From the NCBI GenBank assembly GCA_013265495.1, contig MU058463.1:1201523-1265522 (forward strand): DNA of 64,000 nt, in the 5' to 3' direction. The notes beneath the pieces were generated by a model. It was not told the DNA's origin. It saw nothing but the letters and a program-made list of their open reading frames with translations, and did not search any database. Shown one piece after another: positions 35,995 through 50,486 of this stretch (position 1 is the stretch's first letter; each line of letters opens with the position of its first letter). This stretch comes from Vicugna vicugna (taxonomy: Eukaryota). Both the position numbers and the translations under genes were made by a program.

Positions 35995-37699
35995 ATAACC
36001 AGCATTTAAACTTTCATTGAAATTAGATAGATGATAGGTAGGTAGGGTAGGTAGGTAGAGAGAGATACTCAAGAGGGATTTTACTGGGTATTTGTCTAGT
36101 TTTATTATGAAGTAGTAAAAATCATTGAATCATGAAGTACCTAGAATTTATTGCTGGGAAAATCTTTACAAATCAAATAATTCAGCTCCTTTATTTTACC
36201 AGTTTGGAAACTGTTTAAAATACAAATAGCAATTTATACAAAGCTTAAACAACTATAAAAGGGTAAAAGCTTCCACTATTTAAAAGAATTCAAATGAAAA
36301 TAACTTCTGAAACAATTCGGTGATTAAAGTCTTATTAGGAATTATTGGTAATGTAAACTTTATAAAATGTTACAGGTCAAAAGGGGTCCTTCTTTTTTAA
36401 AAAAGTCTATGTGAAGAAGGTGCATAGTAAGTAAATAAATATAATGCACCAGAGTTTACCTGCATTCCTAATACGATAAATATGTGATGATTTCAGAGGA
36501 AAGTCATACATGTCATTGTAAGTCGGGGTAGAATACAGATAAGGAACAATTTGCTGCTTAGAAAAGCTAATGAAAAGGTCAAGGTATTCAGGAACTATAA
36601 AGATATCAATTTTCCTGACTTTTCCTCTAAAGACATGAAGTTCACAATCTCCGAAGGAGCTTTTAGGTTCTATCTCAAAGACTTAGAAGACACTCTTTTT
36701 TCATAGTCAATGATCCACTAATAAAGTGAATAAAGAAGCAGCAGTGCAAAGAAGTAGAGCAGACACAATAAAATTCCTTGATGCTGGTTAATTTAGGAGG
36801 TCTACTGATTTCAACAAATCTAGAGTTTGGAAACTATAACATGAGTAAAAATATTGGAGCCTGAAGGACATATACTGAACATTGGAATATTAGATTAAGT
36901 GGATGTAATGAATAATAGAAAGCTAACTAAATTTTCAAACTGATGTTACAGAAGACAAATTCCAGTTGTTTTTTTTTTAATCCATTGAGGGAGTTATTTA
37001 ATTTCTCAGAGTTTCAGTTTTCATATTCAGTAAACTAAAATAACTATATATTCATTTCAGGATTCTTAGGGACATTAAAGTGATGACATATATAAAATTC
37101 TTGGTAAACAGTTAATTCGTGCTTTTACTTTTGAAAATTATAGCCCAAAATATAGATTGTACAATATTTTATGTGATTTTTATAAGTAATTGGAAATGAA
37201 AATATGATTAAAAATAAATATACACTTCCATGCTTACACATGTAAAGTGAAGACAAGAATAGTTTTTTTCTAATATAAGCAGAATCAAACACTAAATCCT
37301 AAATATCTGAATATTTGAAACAAAAGCACCCTTATTGAATGAAATAATATCTTCAATATACTCTTTCATTTTTATTAAAGTTTTAGTAAGTAAATGAACA
37401 CATTATGTGGTATTTTTTGTAAAAAAAAAGAAGTCTTCATTTTGTATTGAACATGTCCTGCCAGTCTATTGCAAACACTGACAATATTGGAATGACAAGA
37501 AGAGAGTAGCCTTGCAATCCACATTCATATTGCTACAAGAAAGGAAGAATAGTTAGCATTCATATCAAATTATGTTTTTCTTGAATTATCTAAAAAGTTG
37601 TGGAATTTTTTTTTTCTATATATGGGGACATGTGGGAATGCAACATCCAGACCAAAAGTGTGCCATTTGGGGCAATAGTCTTCGTGTTTTTTTGAAGTG

Positions 37700-38200
37700 T
37701 CTAAATTTGTTACTTTAATTTTATTGAAATATAATCTGGTGCACAGCACAATGCTTCAGTCATACAGAAACTATACATGTATTCATTTTCATATTCTTTT
37801 TTACCATAAGTTACTACAAGATTTTGAATATAGTTCCCTGTGCTATACAGTATAAACTTATTATTTATCTATTTTATATATATTAGTATCTACAAATCTC
37901 AAACTCCCAATTTGTCCTTTCCTGCCCCCCCCTGTAACAATAAGTTTGTTTTCTATGTCTGTAGATATGTTTTTGTTTTGTAAATAAGTTTGTTTGTTTG
38001 TTTGTTTGTTTTTTAGATTCCACATATAAGTGGTATCATATGGTATTTTTCTTTTTCTTTCTCGCTTACTTTACTTAGAATGACATTCTCCAGGTTTATC
38101 TTTGTTGCTGCAAATGGCATTATTTTATTGTTTTTTATGGCTGAGTAGCATTCCATTGTATAAATATACCACAGCTTCTTTATCCAGTCATGTGTCAACA
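37700..38200 (-). mobile_element. Camelid-type L1 3' fragment
   Basis: ORF2 C-terminus DWIKKLWYIYTMECYSAIKNNKIMPFAAT on the minus strand; L1 3'UTR. Confidence 0.9.
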
Positions 38201-39399
38201 TCTTTGGAACTGCCTTGCTTTCTACTAATTAACTCGATTCCAATGTTAGGGAAATTCTCACTCATCCCACTCCCAATCATAATTCTTGCCCTTATTTTCC
38301 TTACCTCTCCCAGGTACTAAACAACTGAAAATATGTATTTGGCTCATGGGGAGAAAAGAAAAAAAATAGTTTCCCTTGTTAGTAAGTTTCGTAATTGTTA
38401 GTTTTTTACAGACCTCAAACATTTATCACAGGAGGGAAGCTTTGCCATAATTTCTCATTATAAGTTTTGTGTAACTATTTTAGTTACCAGATATATTACT
38501 TATTTCATTATCACATTTTATGCATTTTTTTGTTCTATTTAAGAAAGCAAGAAAGATATAAATGCTTCACATATAAATCACATTCACATACAAGATAGCT
38601 GGCAAAATGGAAAACATGACTCTTTTGAACTGCAAATGCTATATAAACATTCCTAAGAATATCAGACTAGAGACGAGGAAACAATGAAAGGCTCCCTCAG
38701 TTTCTGTCTCTAAATGCAGGATCACATTCGCCCTGTGTGTTTGCAAAAGAGATATACAGGCAGCATGCTGCTTCCATTTAGTGCTAGAGAAACTCAGAGA
38801 AAGGGATGCTGGACATTTGGAAGAACTCATCTATGGTGTTTGCAGAATCTCCACCCTGGACTCACTGAGAACTGCTCCTACACATCATTTATCTTAAACA
38901 TTTGATGGGAAATTATCTTGGAGAAAATCGCACCAAACCAGCACTTTAGGTTTCTTAGAGTCCTATCATCAGGGACTCTGATGCAAGTAATTAAGGCTGT
39001 GAAACTGAATACCAGGTAATACACTCGAGGAGGTAATATGAAAAATATTAAAGGCACTTGGACTGTTTCTAGGTCTTTCTGTAATGCACACATGACAGAT
39101 ATATCACTGTGAGCACTGTCATGTATGTAATAGCTTTAATAATTTTTAATATTGTATTTACTTGATCCTTATTATATTGTATTCACCAATTTAAAAATAT
39201 ACCATATGAATATACTCTATTTTGTTTTAACTGTAGAAAGGGGGAAACTGTTTTCAACAAGCAGGCAAATATAGCATAAACGTGTAAAATGTTTATCACA
39301 AGGGCATCTTTAACATTTAGAATACCACTCTGCCATCTAGAGGAAAATGGAGAGTCTGACACCTAATTAAGAGAAAAATTAAACTAGAAAGAATTCTTT

Positions 39400-40560
39400 T
39401 TTATGAAGTATAGTTATACATACTACATATAACTAATACACTATAGTTAACATACAACATTATATTAGTTTCAGGTGTACAACAAAATGATTTTATATTT
39501 GTATGCATTGCAAAATGATCACCACAATAAATCTATTTATCATCTGTCACCACACAAAGTTACAAATTTTTTCTTGTAATGAGAGCTTTTAAGATTTATT
39601 TCCTTAGCAGCTTTCAAATTTGCAATACAATACCATTGACTCTTGTTCCTATGCTGTACCTTACATCCCCATGAGTTATTTATCTTATAACTGGAAATTT
39701 ATACCTCTTGATCCCCTTGTCCCATTTCTCCCACCCTCAAGTCCTCGAGTCTCCCTCTGCCTGGCAACCACCAATTTGTTCTCTGTATCTGTGAGTTTTG
39801 TTTTGTTTTGCTTGTTTGTTTGTTTTTAGATTTAATGTATAAGTGAAATCACAAGGTTTTTGTCTTTCTCTATTGATTTATTTCATTTAGCATAATACCC
39901 TCAGGTTATAGCCATGTTGTCATAAGTGGCAAGATTTCATTAATTTTTTAAGCCTGAGTAATGTTTCATTGCACATCTTTATCTATTCATTCATCGATGG
40001 ACATAGCTTGTTTCCATAGCTTGGCTATTGTAAATAATGTTGCAATGAACATAGGGGTGAGTATATCTTTTCAAATTAGTGTTTCTGTTTTCTTGGATGA
40101 ATACCCAGAAGTGGAATTGCTGGGCTGCACCAATTTACATTCCCACCAACGTGTATGAGGAATTTCTTCTCTCCATATCCTCATCAACACTTGCTATTTG
40201 TTGTGTTTTTGATAAGCACCTTTCTGACTAGTGTGAAGTGATATCCCAGTTGTGGTTTTGATTTCCATTTCCCTGATGGCTAGTGATGTTGAGTATCTTC
40301 TCATGTGCCTATTGGCCATCTGTATGTCTTCTTTGGAAAAGTATCTATTCATAAAAATCCTCTCCCCATTTTTAATTGGATTGCTTGGCTTTTTGTTATT
40401 GAGTTGTATGAGTTATTTATATATTTTGGATATTAACCGCTTATCAGACATACGATTTGAAAATATCTTTTTTCTACTCAGTAGGTTACCTTTATATTTT
40501 GTTGATGGTTTTCTTGCCATTTATTTTTGCTTTTGTTGCCCTTGCCTTTGAAGTCAGATC
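39400..40560 (-). mobile_element. L1 3' fragment with internal deletions
   Basis: TSD agaattcttt (39390-39399 / 40561-40570); L1 antisense motifs. Confidence 0.88.
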
Positions 40561-40749
40561 AGAATTCTTTATGCTTAGAATGTAAAATTATGGTAAATAA
40601 ATAGTGTAAAATCACCACAGACAGTGAGATTTCCCACTAAGCTTGTTAATATAGCAATAGAAACAGTAATGATAAAAATATAACATTTACAGTAGTAAAC
40701 AGACATACATACACATGCCAAGCAGTGAAGGAAAATGTCTATATATATG

Positions 40750-41185
40750 GTTTATTGAGATATTATTGAACATAACATTGTGTAAGTTTAAGGTGTACAA
40801 CATAATGACTTAATATAAGTATATATTCCAAAATGATTACCACAATAAGGTTAGTTAACACATTCATCACCTTACATTGTTACCTTTCTTTTGTGGTGAT
40901 AACTTTTCAAAACTACTCTCTCAGCAATTTTCAAGTATATAATTCAGTATTGTTAACTATTACTACAATGTATTGTAACTATATGGTCATTATGCTATAC
41001 TTTAGATCTTAGAATGTATTCATCTTACAACTATAAGTTTATATCCTTTGACCACCTTATTGCATTCCCTGACCTCCATCTGATACCAGCAACCACCAAT
41101 TTACTCTGTTTCAATTTTCTGTTTACTCTGTTTCTGACTTATTTTTAGATTCCTCATATAAGAGAGATCATAAAGTATTTGTCAC
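40750..41185 (-). mobile_element. L1MA-type 3' end
   Basis: tttattgagatatta...tgtaagtttaaggtgtacaacat...tttttagattcctcatataagagagatcat. Confidence 0.85.
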
Positions 41186-42249
41186 AACGTTTATATATTG
41201 ATTTTTGCTTCTTTTGGTTATAAAGATAATAAATAATTTTCAAATAAATTGCACCTGATAATCATCCTCTCTCTCTCCCCCCAGATCTTATAAAATTATT
41301 TGGCTGCAAGTCTGTGCATTGGGACACAGTGTCTTTTGATACCTTTTTCTTTCCAAGTGGCCGACCTTCATGTTCAGTGCTGTAGATGAATTAGAACCTG
41401 ACCTGTATCCTGCATACCTTCTTACAGACACAGCAAGAGAAAGGGGCTCTGTGAATTCTCAGGTCACTCCCACAGAAAGCTTGATTCCTTTGAAACATTT
41501 CTAATCAATTATTGTTCATTTTTAATGATACTGAAAGCGTAATGCTTAAAGCCTTTTTCTGGACTAGCAGCATGCTGGTTACTTAATAAAATTATGCACA
41601 TTTTGACTGGATCATGACATATAGATTTTACTTTATCTCTAAGTTTTATTGTTGCTGTTCTTGCTTGTTCAGCATAGAACATTCCAATGGAGAAACTGTA
41701 TACAATGTGTGATTTCAGGCAAGAGGATAAAAGAAGGTGCATGAAAAGTCACTTACTGCTATATTGAGTGAATTTATGTCGAAGAACAACACTCAGTAGC
41801 TTATACTAAACTCTTGTTGTCTTTAAAAAGTTCCACACAAATTGGAATTTTTATATTGGTCACTTTGTGAACAGAAGCTAATCCGGTGAAGGGCCATTTA
41901 ACTCAAAGCAAGTGTGCAACATGTAGTTTGTTTAATTGGCTTATTTGTTCATTTTGTGGTAAAATAAACCACAATTCAATTCAGGTAAAATCTAAGCATT
42001 TAAAATGACAATCATCCATGAATAAAATAAAATATGTACTGCTGAAAATAATTTGGTCATAGGCTCCACTGAGTTATCACATAAATGACTCTTGGAAACT
42101 ATCAGCAAAATTCAGTGTATTAATATTCTGTGATACTTCTCACACGAAGAAAAATGTGCTCTTATTCTATATTACTATCTCAGAGCAGTTTCATTGTGCC
42201 CCTCTGAATTATTGAGGCTGTATGTTTAGTATGATCTAACTCTTCCTTT

Positions 42250-44690
42250 TTTAGGCCTTTTAAAATGTAAAACAGAATACACACACACACAAAAGTATAA
42301 AAAGCAAATATATAGCTCAGTTAATTATTATAAGTTTTAATAAGGCAAGACAAATAATTAAGCCAGAAGCTCTAGAAACCCTTCTTAGGCTCAGGTTCAG
42401 TCTCAAAACCGTCCCTCCTCTCAAGAGGAGCCACTATCCAGACTCTTCCTAACCATTTCTGTTCAAGTCTTAATGGTTTTATCATCTAAATGTACACCCA
42501 ACCCACATTTCAGTCCTGCCCATTTTGTTTTAATTTAATGTGATTTTTCTATATCTTTCAGTCTAGAAGTTTCTCCTTTATCCTTTTCATTTCCTTGAGA
42601 AACTTGTGGCATTTGAGCTTTAGCGCTTCCCGCAGTCTGGATTTTGCTGATTGCATGCTCATGTGCAGTTCAGTATGCTCCCCGCCATAAGGATTTCTTG
42701 CAAACTGGCCCCTAGATGCAGAGCTTTTATCAAAATCATGCTGTCTTCTCGGCAAGTCTACAGGTAGTGACGTGTTTTTTCATTAGGCGGTTTGAAACTT
42801 TTCTCTTTCTGAGATTCTGTCGAGTATTGATCTTCAAAGCCTAGATGGGTTGCTGCATAATGGGTAGCAAAATGGCTATAGTCAAGCAGGTATACTTTCA
42901 TATAGATATGCACACACATGCATACATTATCTATCTATCCTTTCTAGATAAAAGACTGAAATATTTTTTGATTCCCCAAAACCACTAAGGGTGACATTAC
43001 CCTATCAAAATAAATGATATAGTATTCAATTCTGTAAATGTACTAAAATTTAAACATAATTTTATCCATTATAATGATTAGTGTAGTTTCTAATTTGTGG
43101 CTACCATGACTAGAGCTGCTAGTAACAATTCAATAAATGCCATGAAGGGAGCATATTTATGCAGACCCAAATTTAGGCTGGGTACATACCTAGGAATAGA
43201 ATTCCTGGATCATAAGGTATTCATATGTTCATCTTTAACAGATATTGGCAATGGCTTTTTCAAAGCAGTTGTAACACTGTTTTTTTCTGCAATAATTATG
43301 TGAGTGTTCTGGTTGCTACTTTTTTGCCAGTATTTGATATTTTCATTTTTTAAAAAATTAAATCATTAGAGTAGATAATATATTGTTTCATGTGAAATTT
43401 CTCTTCGAATCTTTTGTCTACTTTTTATTGAACAAATAATGATCTTTTTAAAAAGTGATTTATAGTGTTTTTTATATATTATAGATATTTTGTTGCATGC
43501 CTTTTATGAATATATTATCCTATATTTTGGAGACAGAGAATTTCTCAAATGTAATGAAGTATAGGCTCTATTTTTAAAAATTTAAGTGCTTTCACTGTTC
43601 TGTGTATGGTTTTGTATCTTTCTATAAGGACACAAAAATATCCTCCTATGTATTCCTTTAGAAACCTTATTAATTACCTGTCTACATTTAGTTCTACAAT
43701 CTATGTGGATTAATTATATTTATCCTGACAATTAAGATCAAGAGAAATTTATTTTCTGTGCAGGCTTCCAAATCCTCAAGCATCACATTAATGAGATCAA
43801 CCTTCCCCCACTGTATATATGAAGATTTACTGATCTACATCCAGCCATCATATACTTTAAAAAAATAGACTCTTTTAAAAAAAAATAGACTCTTTTTAGA
43901 GCAGTTTTAGATTTATAAAAAAAATGAGCAGAAACTACAGTGATTTCCCATTTTCCTCTCTCACCTCCTATACAGTTTTCCCTCTGGTTAACATCTTGCA
44001 TTAGTGTAGCACACTTGTTACAATTGATGAGCAAATATTGATATATTTTTATTATCTGAATTCTGTAATTTACCCTAGAGTTTACTCTTTGTGTTGTACA
44101 TTCTATGAGTTTTGACCAATATATGAAGACATGCAGGCACTATCACAATATCATAGTCACTTATTACTTCTTCCCACCCTCCTCACCAACCTCTAGCAAT
44201 CACTGATATTTTTGCTGTTTCTATAGTTTTGCCTTTCAGAATGAAATATAGTTGGAATCAGGCTACTATGTAGCCTTTTCAAATTGACTTCTTTCATATT
44301 TGGATAGCAACATTCATGTAAGTCTCATTTATGTCTTTTTGTGATTTGACAGCTCATTAATTATTATCACTGAATAATACTCCATTGTAGGTATTAAAAC
44401 AGTTAACAGTTATCCATGCACATACTGACATGTTGGTTGCTTCCAAGTTCTGGTGGTTAAGAGTAAACCTGCTCTAAATCTTCATGTGCAGGTTTTTTTT
44501 TATTTTTTTGAGAACGTCCATTTTTGGTAAATAACTCATTTGGGTAAATATTAAGGGGTGATTGATGGATCTTGTCATAAGGCTAAGTGTAGTTTTGTAA
44601 GAAACCACTAAACTATCTTTCAAAGTGGCTGTACCATTTTGCATTCCCACCAGCAATGAATGAGAGGTCTTCTTGCTCTATGTTCTTTTG
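42250..44690 (-). mobile_element. Cluster of old L1 fragments (L1MC/L1ME/L1MB-like)
   Basis: Antisense L1 motifs, e.g. tttttagagcagttttag, caaagtggctgtaccattttgcattcccaccagcaatgaatgagag. Confidence 0.75.
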
Positions 44691-47600
44691 TCAGGTTATA
44701 TTAGGGTTTCAAATCTCTTTAATGAAAATACTGGGAATTAATCAAGCTATAAGTTCTTCCTGGAAAAAAAATCCTTGGAAACTCTTTTAATGTTGAATCA
44801 TCTGCCTTAAAATTGCTTTATGAACACTGAGCTGGATTTTCCCGTCCACAGATGGTGGCTTGAGCTTTTACCCTAGACCGTAGTACATGAAACAACTCCT
44901 TTCACTACTTTTGCAGATGCTCAGAGACATCTGGCCTTTCACCTTAATATGAGAAGCTAGAGCAATTATTTAAACTGAGGTCATGAAGCAGTCAGGAAAA
45001 GTTCTCATGCCCAGCTTTCCTGGGCATCTAATTAACTGTCTGTGATATTTGTCATTTTTTTTAAAACAAGATCAGTAATTATTTGAATAAACATTTAAAA
45101 TACCCTGAATTCATTACTATAATGATTATAATTAATAAATAATTAAATAGGGCTACCATTGAATCTAATAATATACATTTACTAACACATAAGATAAGTT
45201 GGAAAGTGTGATTACTTCTATTATTTCTCTGAATACTCTGAAAGAGCCATTTAGAAACTATCACATTTCACACCAATATAATCAAATGCTTACATCTTAA
45301 ACAGTTTTCACGTGGCATTTAGATTAAACATGCATGGGTATGTTATTTATATGTATATTATTATTAATAATACATATATTAATATTACTTATATGTATTT
45401 TGTAGTTGGATATTCATATTTATAAACTACCTAAATGCATTTTAAGGAAAAAAGTCACTCTTATGTATTATTAAAAAATAAATACATATTAAAAAATGAA
45501 ACATATATAACTAATTAGTTTCCTTTTTAGCAGAATTCAAAGAAAACAATGCTCAGGTCTGACTATAGTAATAGAAGACATTAATGAAGTAATGCCTCTA
45601 TTATACTGATCTCTATTGTGTAATTTCATAATAGAAGAAAAATAAATTGCCCATTCTTTTGTTCATAATGATGACAATTTGCATTTTGACAAATCATTGG
45701 ACTGAAATGACTATGTTAGACATTTTTCATCATAACCCTGTCTCTCAAAGTTCTCAGTAATTAAATTAATCATTATTACATTATTATAATGTCAGCTTTT
45801 AAGGCAAGATTGATAGGTGTGGTTTGGTGGGCAATACACCCTTGGACATCTAAATACCTTCCAGGCACATCATACTAATTGATATCTCACTATTAAGGAC
45901 CCATTCCTTTGAGACTTGGAGGCTTTTTTTTTTAATTAAATGTTCAAAATACCCAAAGTAGAGAAAAATTCAAATATTCAAGTGCTCAGAGGGGCATTCA
46001 TATTTCCTAGTGGCCACCTGATTTATCAATGGTTGTCTGTAGGATTAGAAAACTAGGGAGAGGAAGAGAGGAACCAGGAGGAGCAGTCACTCTTCATAGG
46101 GTCAGGAGAGGGTGCCAGAGTTCCATTATTTAAACTTCTCATATTTTCAGAAGGCTGTGCTGTGTATATACTTCTGAGTCTGAGAGTTCAACAAAATTCT
46201 TCCCACTTGACTCCTTATGTTGATAAAGCATTTCTTCCTTTAAATTACTGTTTAATCTCTACAGTTTTAAGTTTCTTGGTTTTACTTAGAAGCATCTTTT
46301 GGTGAAAGCAATCATCAATTCCATGGCTCTAAATATGTAAGAAACCTGATGCATAAAGACAGGCGGGAGGTTTTGTAATACAAAACATCTAGAGTCTATT
46401 TCTAGCTCCATCACTTACAATGTCATATACCACATTGACTTTCAGGTTCTTGGGTTCCAAATATGCAGAATAAGGATAACAGTTATTTTTAAAATCATTT
46501 TATAACTAATGTTTACAGTTTATGTATACAGCATATTCTTTGTCACAATGAAAATATTCAATGACATTGCGAAAAAGATATTCACCTGTTTTATCCACCA
46601 TGAAATAGTTGTAATAGCTTTCCTCCTTACCTCAAGTGTATTGTAAAGATTTAATTAAACTGTAAACAGTGTTTGGTAAACTGTAGGATGTTATACAAAT
46701 AGTGCATGTGTATATGTGTGTGTGTGTTAAATTAATATTGCTGTTCTTTCATTAACTTGGGAGAATTGGAAAGTTGCACTTATTTTATTAGACTTATTTT
46801 ACTTATTTTATAAAATACTGTAGCTACATTGCTTCTCTGAAGATCAGAGATATTCTCTATGTTCATAGAAAAACTATAGCAGAAAGTAGTCATAACCTTG
46901 GACTTTGCTCCATCTCCTTAGATAATTCTTCTGCTACTCTTGGTCTCCTGGCTGGGTTAGTGATAGCACACGGTTTTGAACTGTCTTTCCTAAAACCAAA
47001 TAATGGTTACTCTCACTGTAACCTTATTAAAATACTTCGGATGATATTATATTTAATGCCTCTTAAAATTATTCATAAATATTGGTTATGCCTATTATTT
47101 TTCCTTATAAATTTTAATAATTGCATTTTAAAATATTTTTAAATAATTGGTCCATGAAACATTAAAGTAAACCTTTACATAATCATAACAACAGAACTAC
47201 TCTTAACTTTATAGGCAATGCTATGGTCTTTTAAAAATAGCTTGACTGTATTCTCTGCGTTAGGGTAAGAAATACATCATTTTAAAGGCTTAAACTTCAG
47301 TAACCCCAGGAAGGTCATAATACATTTAAAGATATTTAATCAAAGGTCAAAACAGAAAATGTTGAATACAGGAAAATTTATAATATTTTAATATAAAATA
47401 ATTTATATTATTTCTTGTTTATTTTATTATTAAGTAAGAAATTGATTTAATAGTTTTGGAACTTACAGTTTTGTGGTTAAAATTATAATGTATAATCTTA
47501 TAGATGTTAGGCAAACGCTAATAAAATTTATTTTGCTTCAACTCCTTTATTGAATAAATTCATTTCTGTAAAAAACAGGCAAGGCTTCAGAAATTCCCCA

Positions 47601-50486
47601 ATAAAATCTGAGTAAATATTATTAAAATATGGCTATATGGCATGGCTTCAGCAGTTTAAATTCCTTTTAAAAGGCTAAGTTATTTTCTAGATGGAACTGT
47701 GGCTATAGTTAAAATTTAAGTTCTACATTTAACTAAAATTTTCCAAAATGGGTTAAGGCAAAATTCTTCTGTTGCTGCAACAGGTGTTTGCTTATTTATT
47801 TACTGATTAAAGACTAATATTCAGTTTTGGAAATCAGATCTATATTACAGGAGATAGCATTATTTCTGCCTCTGATCTATGACCAGTAATGATTCACAAG
47901 ACAATGACCATCTCTAGATGAAACAGAATATTTGGCCACAGCCACTTTGATAGGACCCTTTATCACTTTTGTTAAAGGGGCCTCATAGCAGCCTGTCGAA
48001 TTATTAAATTACAGTATTGCTTTTATCAGGAAATTTGTGCAGTTGATATTCTTCACATTATTCATCTCTAACTCCACCCTGTATTCAGGAAACTTCTAAC
48101 ATCTACTTTTATATTAATATATTTGTATAATTTAAATTTAAGAGTAAATTATTTATAAATTTAGAAAAATATGCATCATATTTTAGGTCTGTTAGAACTA
48201 CTTTTCAAGTATAAATTAGAGTTATATCTATTGGAAAGATATTTATTAGTATTTTGAATTTCTCTATCAGATAATATAAAATCATAGACACATACACACT
48301 TAAATCAATAATTTTCTAGTCATTTTGCTTGATATATAGTGAATCACTTATATGAAAATCCATGTCTTCTTTTATCCAGAATCAAGATTCTTCTATGGCT
48401 TCATGTTCTCCTCCTAACTTCCCTTTTGCCTGATTTCCTAGTATGCATGGATTACAACTCATTCCATACTCTAGCTTTCTCCTCTTGTCACTGCTCTTCT
48501 TGGAATTTCATCAGTTTCCTCTAAATTTAGAATAATTTATTGACCTCAATTTTTCTACTAAATTTTTTGGTCATTACCTGCTTAAAGGTATTTTATTTTA
48601 GTATCGTAACTTTGTCATTTTGAAGACATATTCTCCGAACTCAATTTTTTCCCTTTTATTCATGACATTTCTTTTCAGACATTGTAGGCAGTATGTACCA
48701 TAGACCAGAAGGGGACAAGAAATCTTTCACATACAAAAATATTTTTCAGAATCCTAAAATTATTCTTTTTTCCAACCATGAGTTCATTTAATGTATCTAA
48801 TAATTTTTTCTATAGTCTCTCCTTTGATGAATTCAGTTTCTTGTTGGAAGTTCAAATGTATTCTGTCAGAGACATTAAAGACCACTCTCTAAATCCTTAT
48901 GTTACAGCCAAATGGAGAGGGTAGAAGTTTGTTTCTCTGATTTCATTTTGATAGTTTGCTAATCCAATTTGCCATAATCCATGAAGGCTGCATTAGCCAT
49001 AAGGACAGCTGCTAACTCGGCAGAGGGTCCATGCTTTGTCAAGCAGCTGCTCCTTGTATAAACTCTAGTAGCTGTAGGTTCTTAGTCATGCTTAGGGGAC
49101 ATCTGCTCCCCTCTGAAGACCACATTTGCTAGCCCAAAAGCATCTTCAGCGGCTGCCAGATTAGGAGCTTAGTAGGGCTCCTGCCAAACCAGAATTTGAG
49201 TGGGATGAACTGTCAAGCAGACCACAGTGGAGTAGGGAACTAGGCACTGCTGTCCAAGGTTTTGTTTTGTTTATCAATGTGCTTTGGTATTAGTTCAAAG
49301 ATAGTTGGTACATGGCTCCCCTTTTCTAAAGGACACAATTGCCCTTTTACAAAACCCATGATAACAATGCCTACATTTTACTCAGGCTGCATTTCTTGCC
49401 AAGTCACGGCTGGAGATGAGTTCTCTGCCCAGTGCCTCTCGGAGGTAGCACTTCCACCAGTTTCTAAACAGCCCAGAGTGTTCCTGCCAACAACCTCATT
49501 CCTTCTTCTTAATCCTGGCTTTTGCTAATCCAACCTTAGGAACATCCTAGTGCTCTCTTTGATGATCTCATTTTCTTCTTTCCAAGAAGGTCTCTCTTTG
49601 AAAACAAAACAAAATGTAAATATGTAAAACATTTTCTTTAAATAAGTTGATAGTTTTGCCAATTCTTTCCATCTGTATACTTTATATACAAGTTCCTGGA
49701 AGTCTCTAAGTGTGTTGTTGGCACTTTTCCGTCTTCTAATTTAGATTTTTATTATTTTCTGTATTTATTAAAAATATCAAAATTTTATTACAGACATGCT
49801 TTTGAAATAACAAACGTCCAAGAAGAAATTACTTGTTAACATCTTCCCAAATAAAATATATGTTTTTATTTGTTCATACTATCTTCCAGGCCATATTTTG
49901 ACTAGTAAAGTTTATATATTTACATATATACAAAGTATTTAGATACAGTATTTTGTATTATCCTTTAAATATGCATAACTATTTTGCTACTGTTTCTTCC
50001 CCCTTCCTTGTATCATCTCTCATCCTTGAACATACCCACTACAGTTAGACAGGATTGGTATTTGGGTGAGTGTTTCTGCTCAGCTTACTCCATACTCATG
50101 TATATTCAGACACATAAGCACTTCAGAACTTGGTGTTTTATTGATTGTTGTTATTTAATTGGCCTTTTAGCAAAAAAATCAATAATACTATGAATTTTTC
50201 TCTCCATTCTACTTTTATCACTTAACAATTTATCATGTAAATTCATCTGAATCAAATGACATAGGTTGTTTTGCATAATGTTCAATATTATGAATGGAAC
50301 TTATCTGAACTATTTCTTACTGGAATTCATATTGTTTCTAGTTTTTGCCAGGCACAAAAATATTGCAGCAAACTTCCATGTATACAAATGTATGCTGTAA
50401 TTAATACATTCATATCAATAGATAAACTAAGAAAATGAGATTGATGTTTCAAGTTTTCATAGTTTAAATTTAAATTTTTTTCCTAT

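Noticed and set aside
38714..38905. ORF with DHIRPVCL...GCWTFG, reminiscent of trypsin-family serine proteases
   Set aside because: The Pro after VCL is missing, spacing to the CW..GWG-like motif is too long, and no catalytic His/Ser exons (AAHC, GDSGGP) are seen in the window; likely chance
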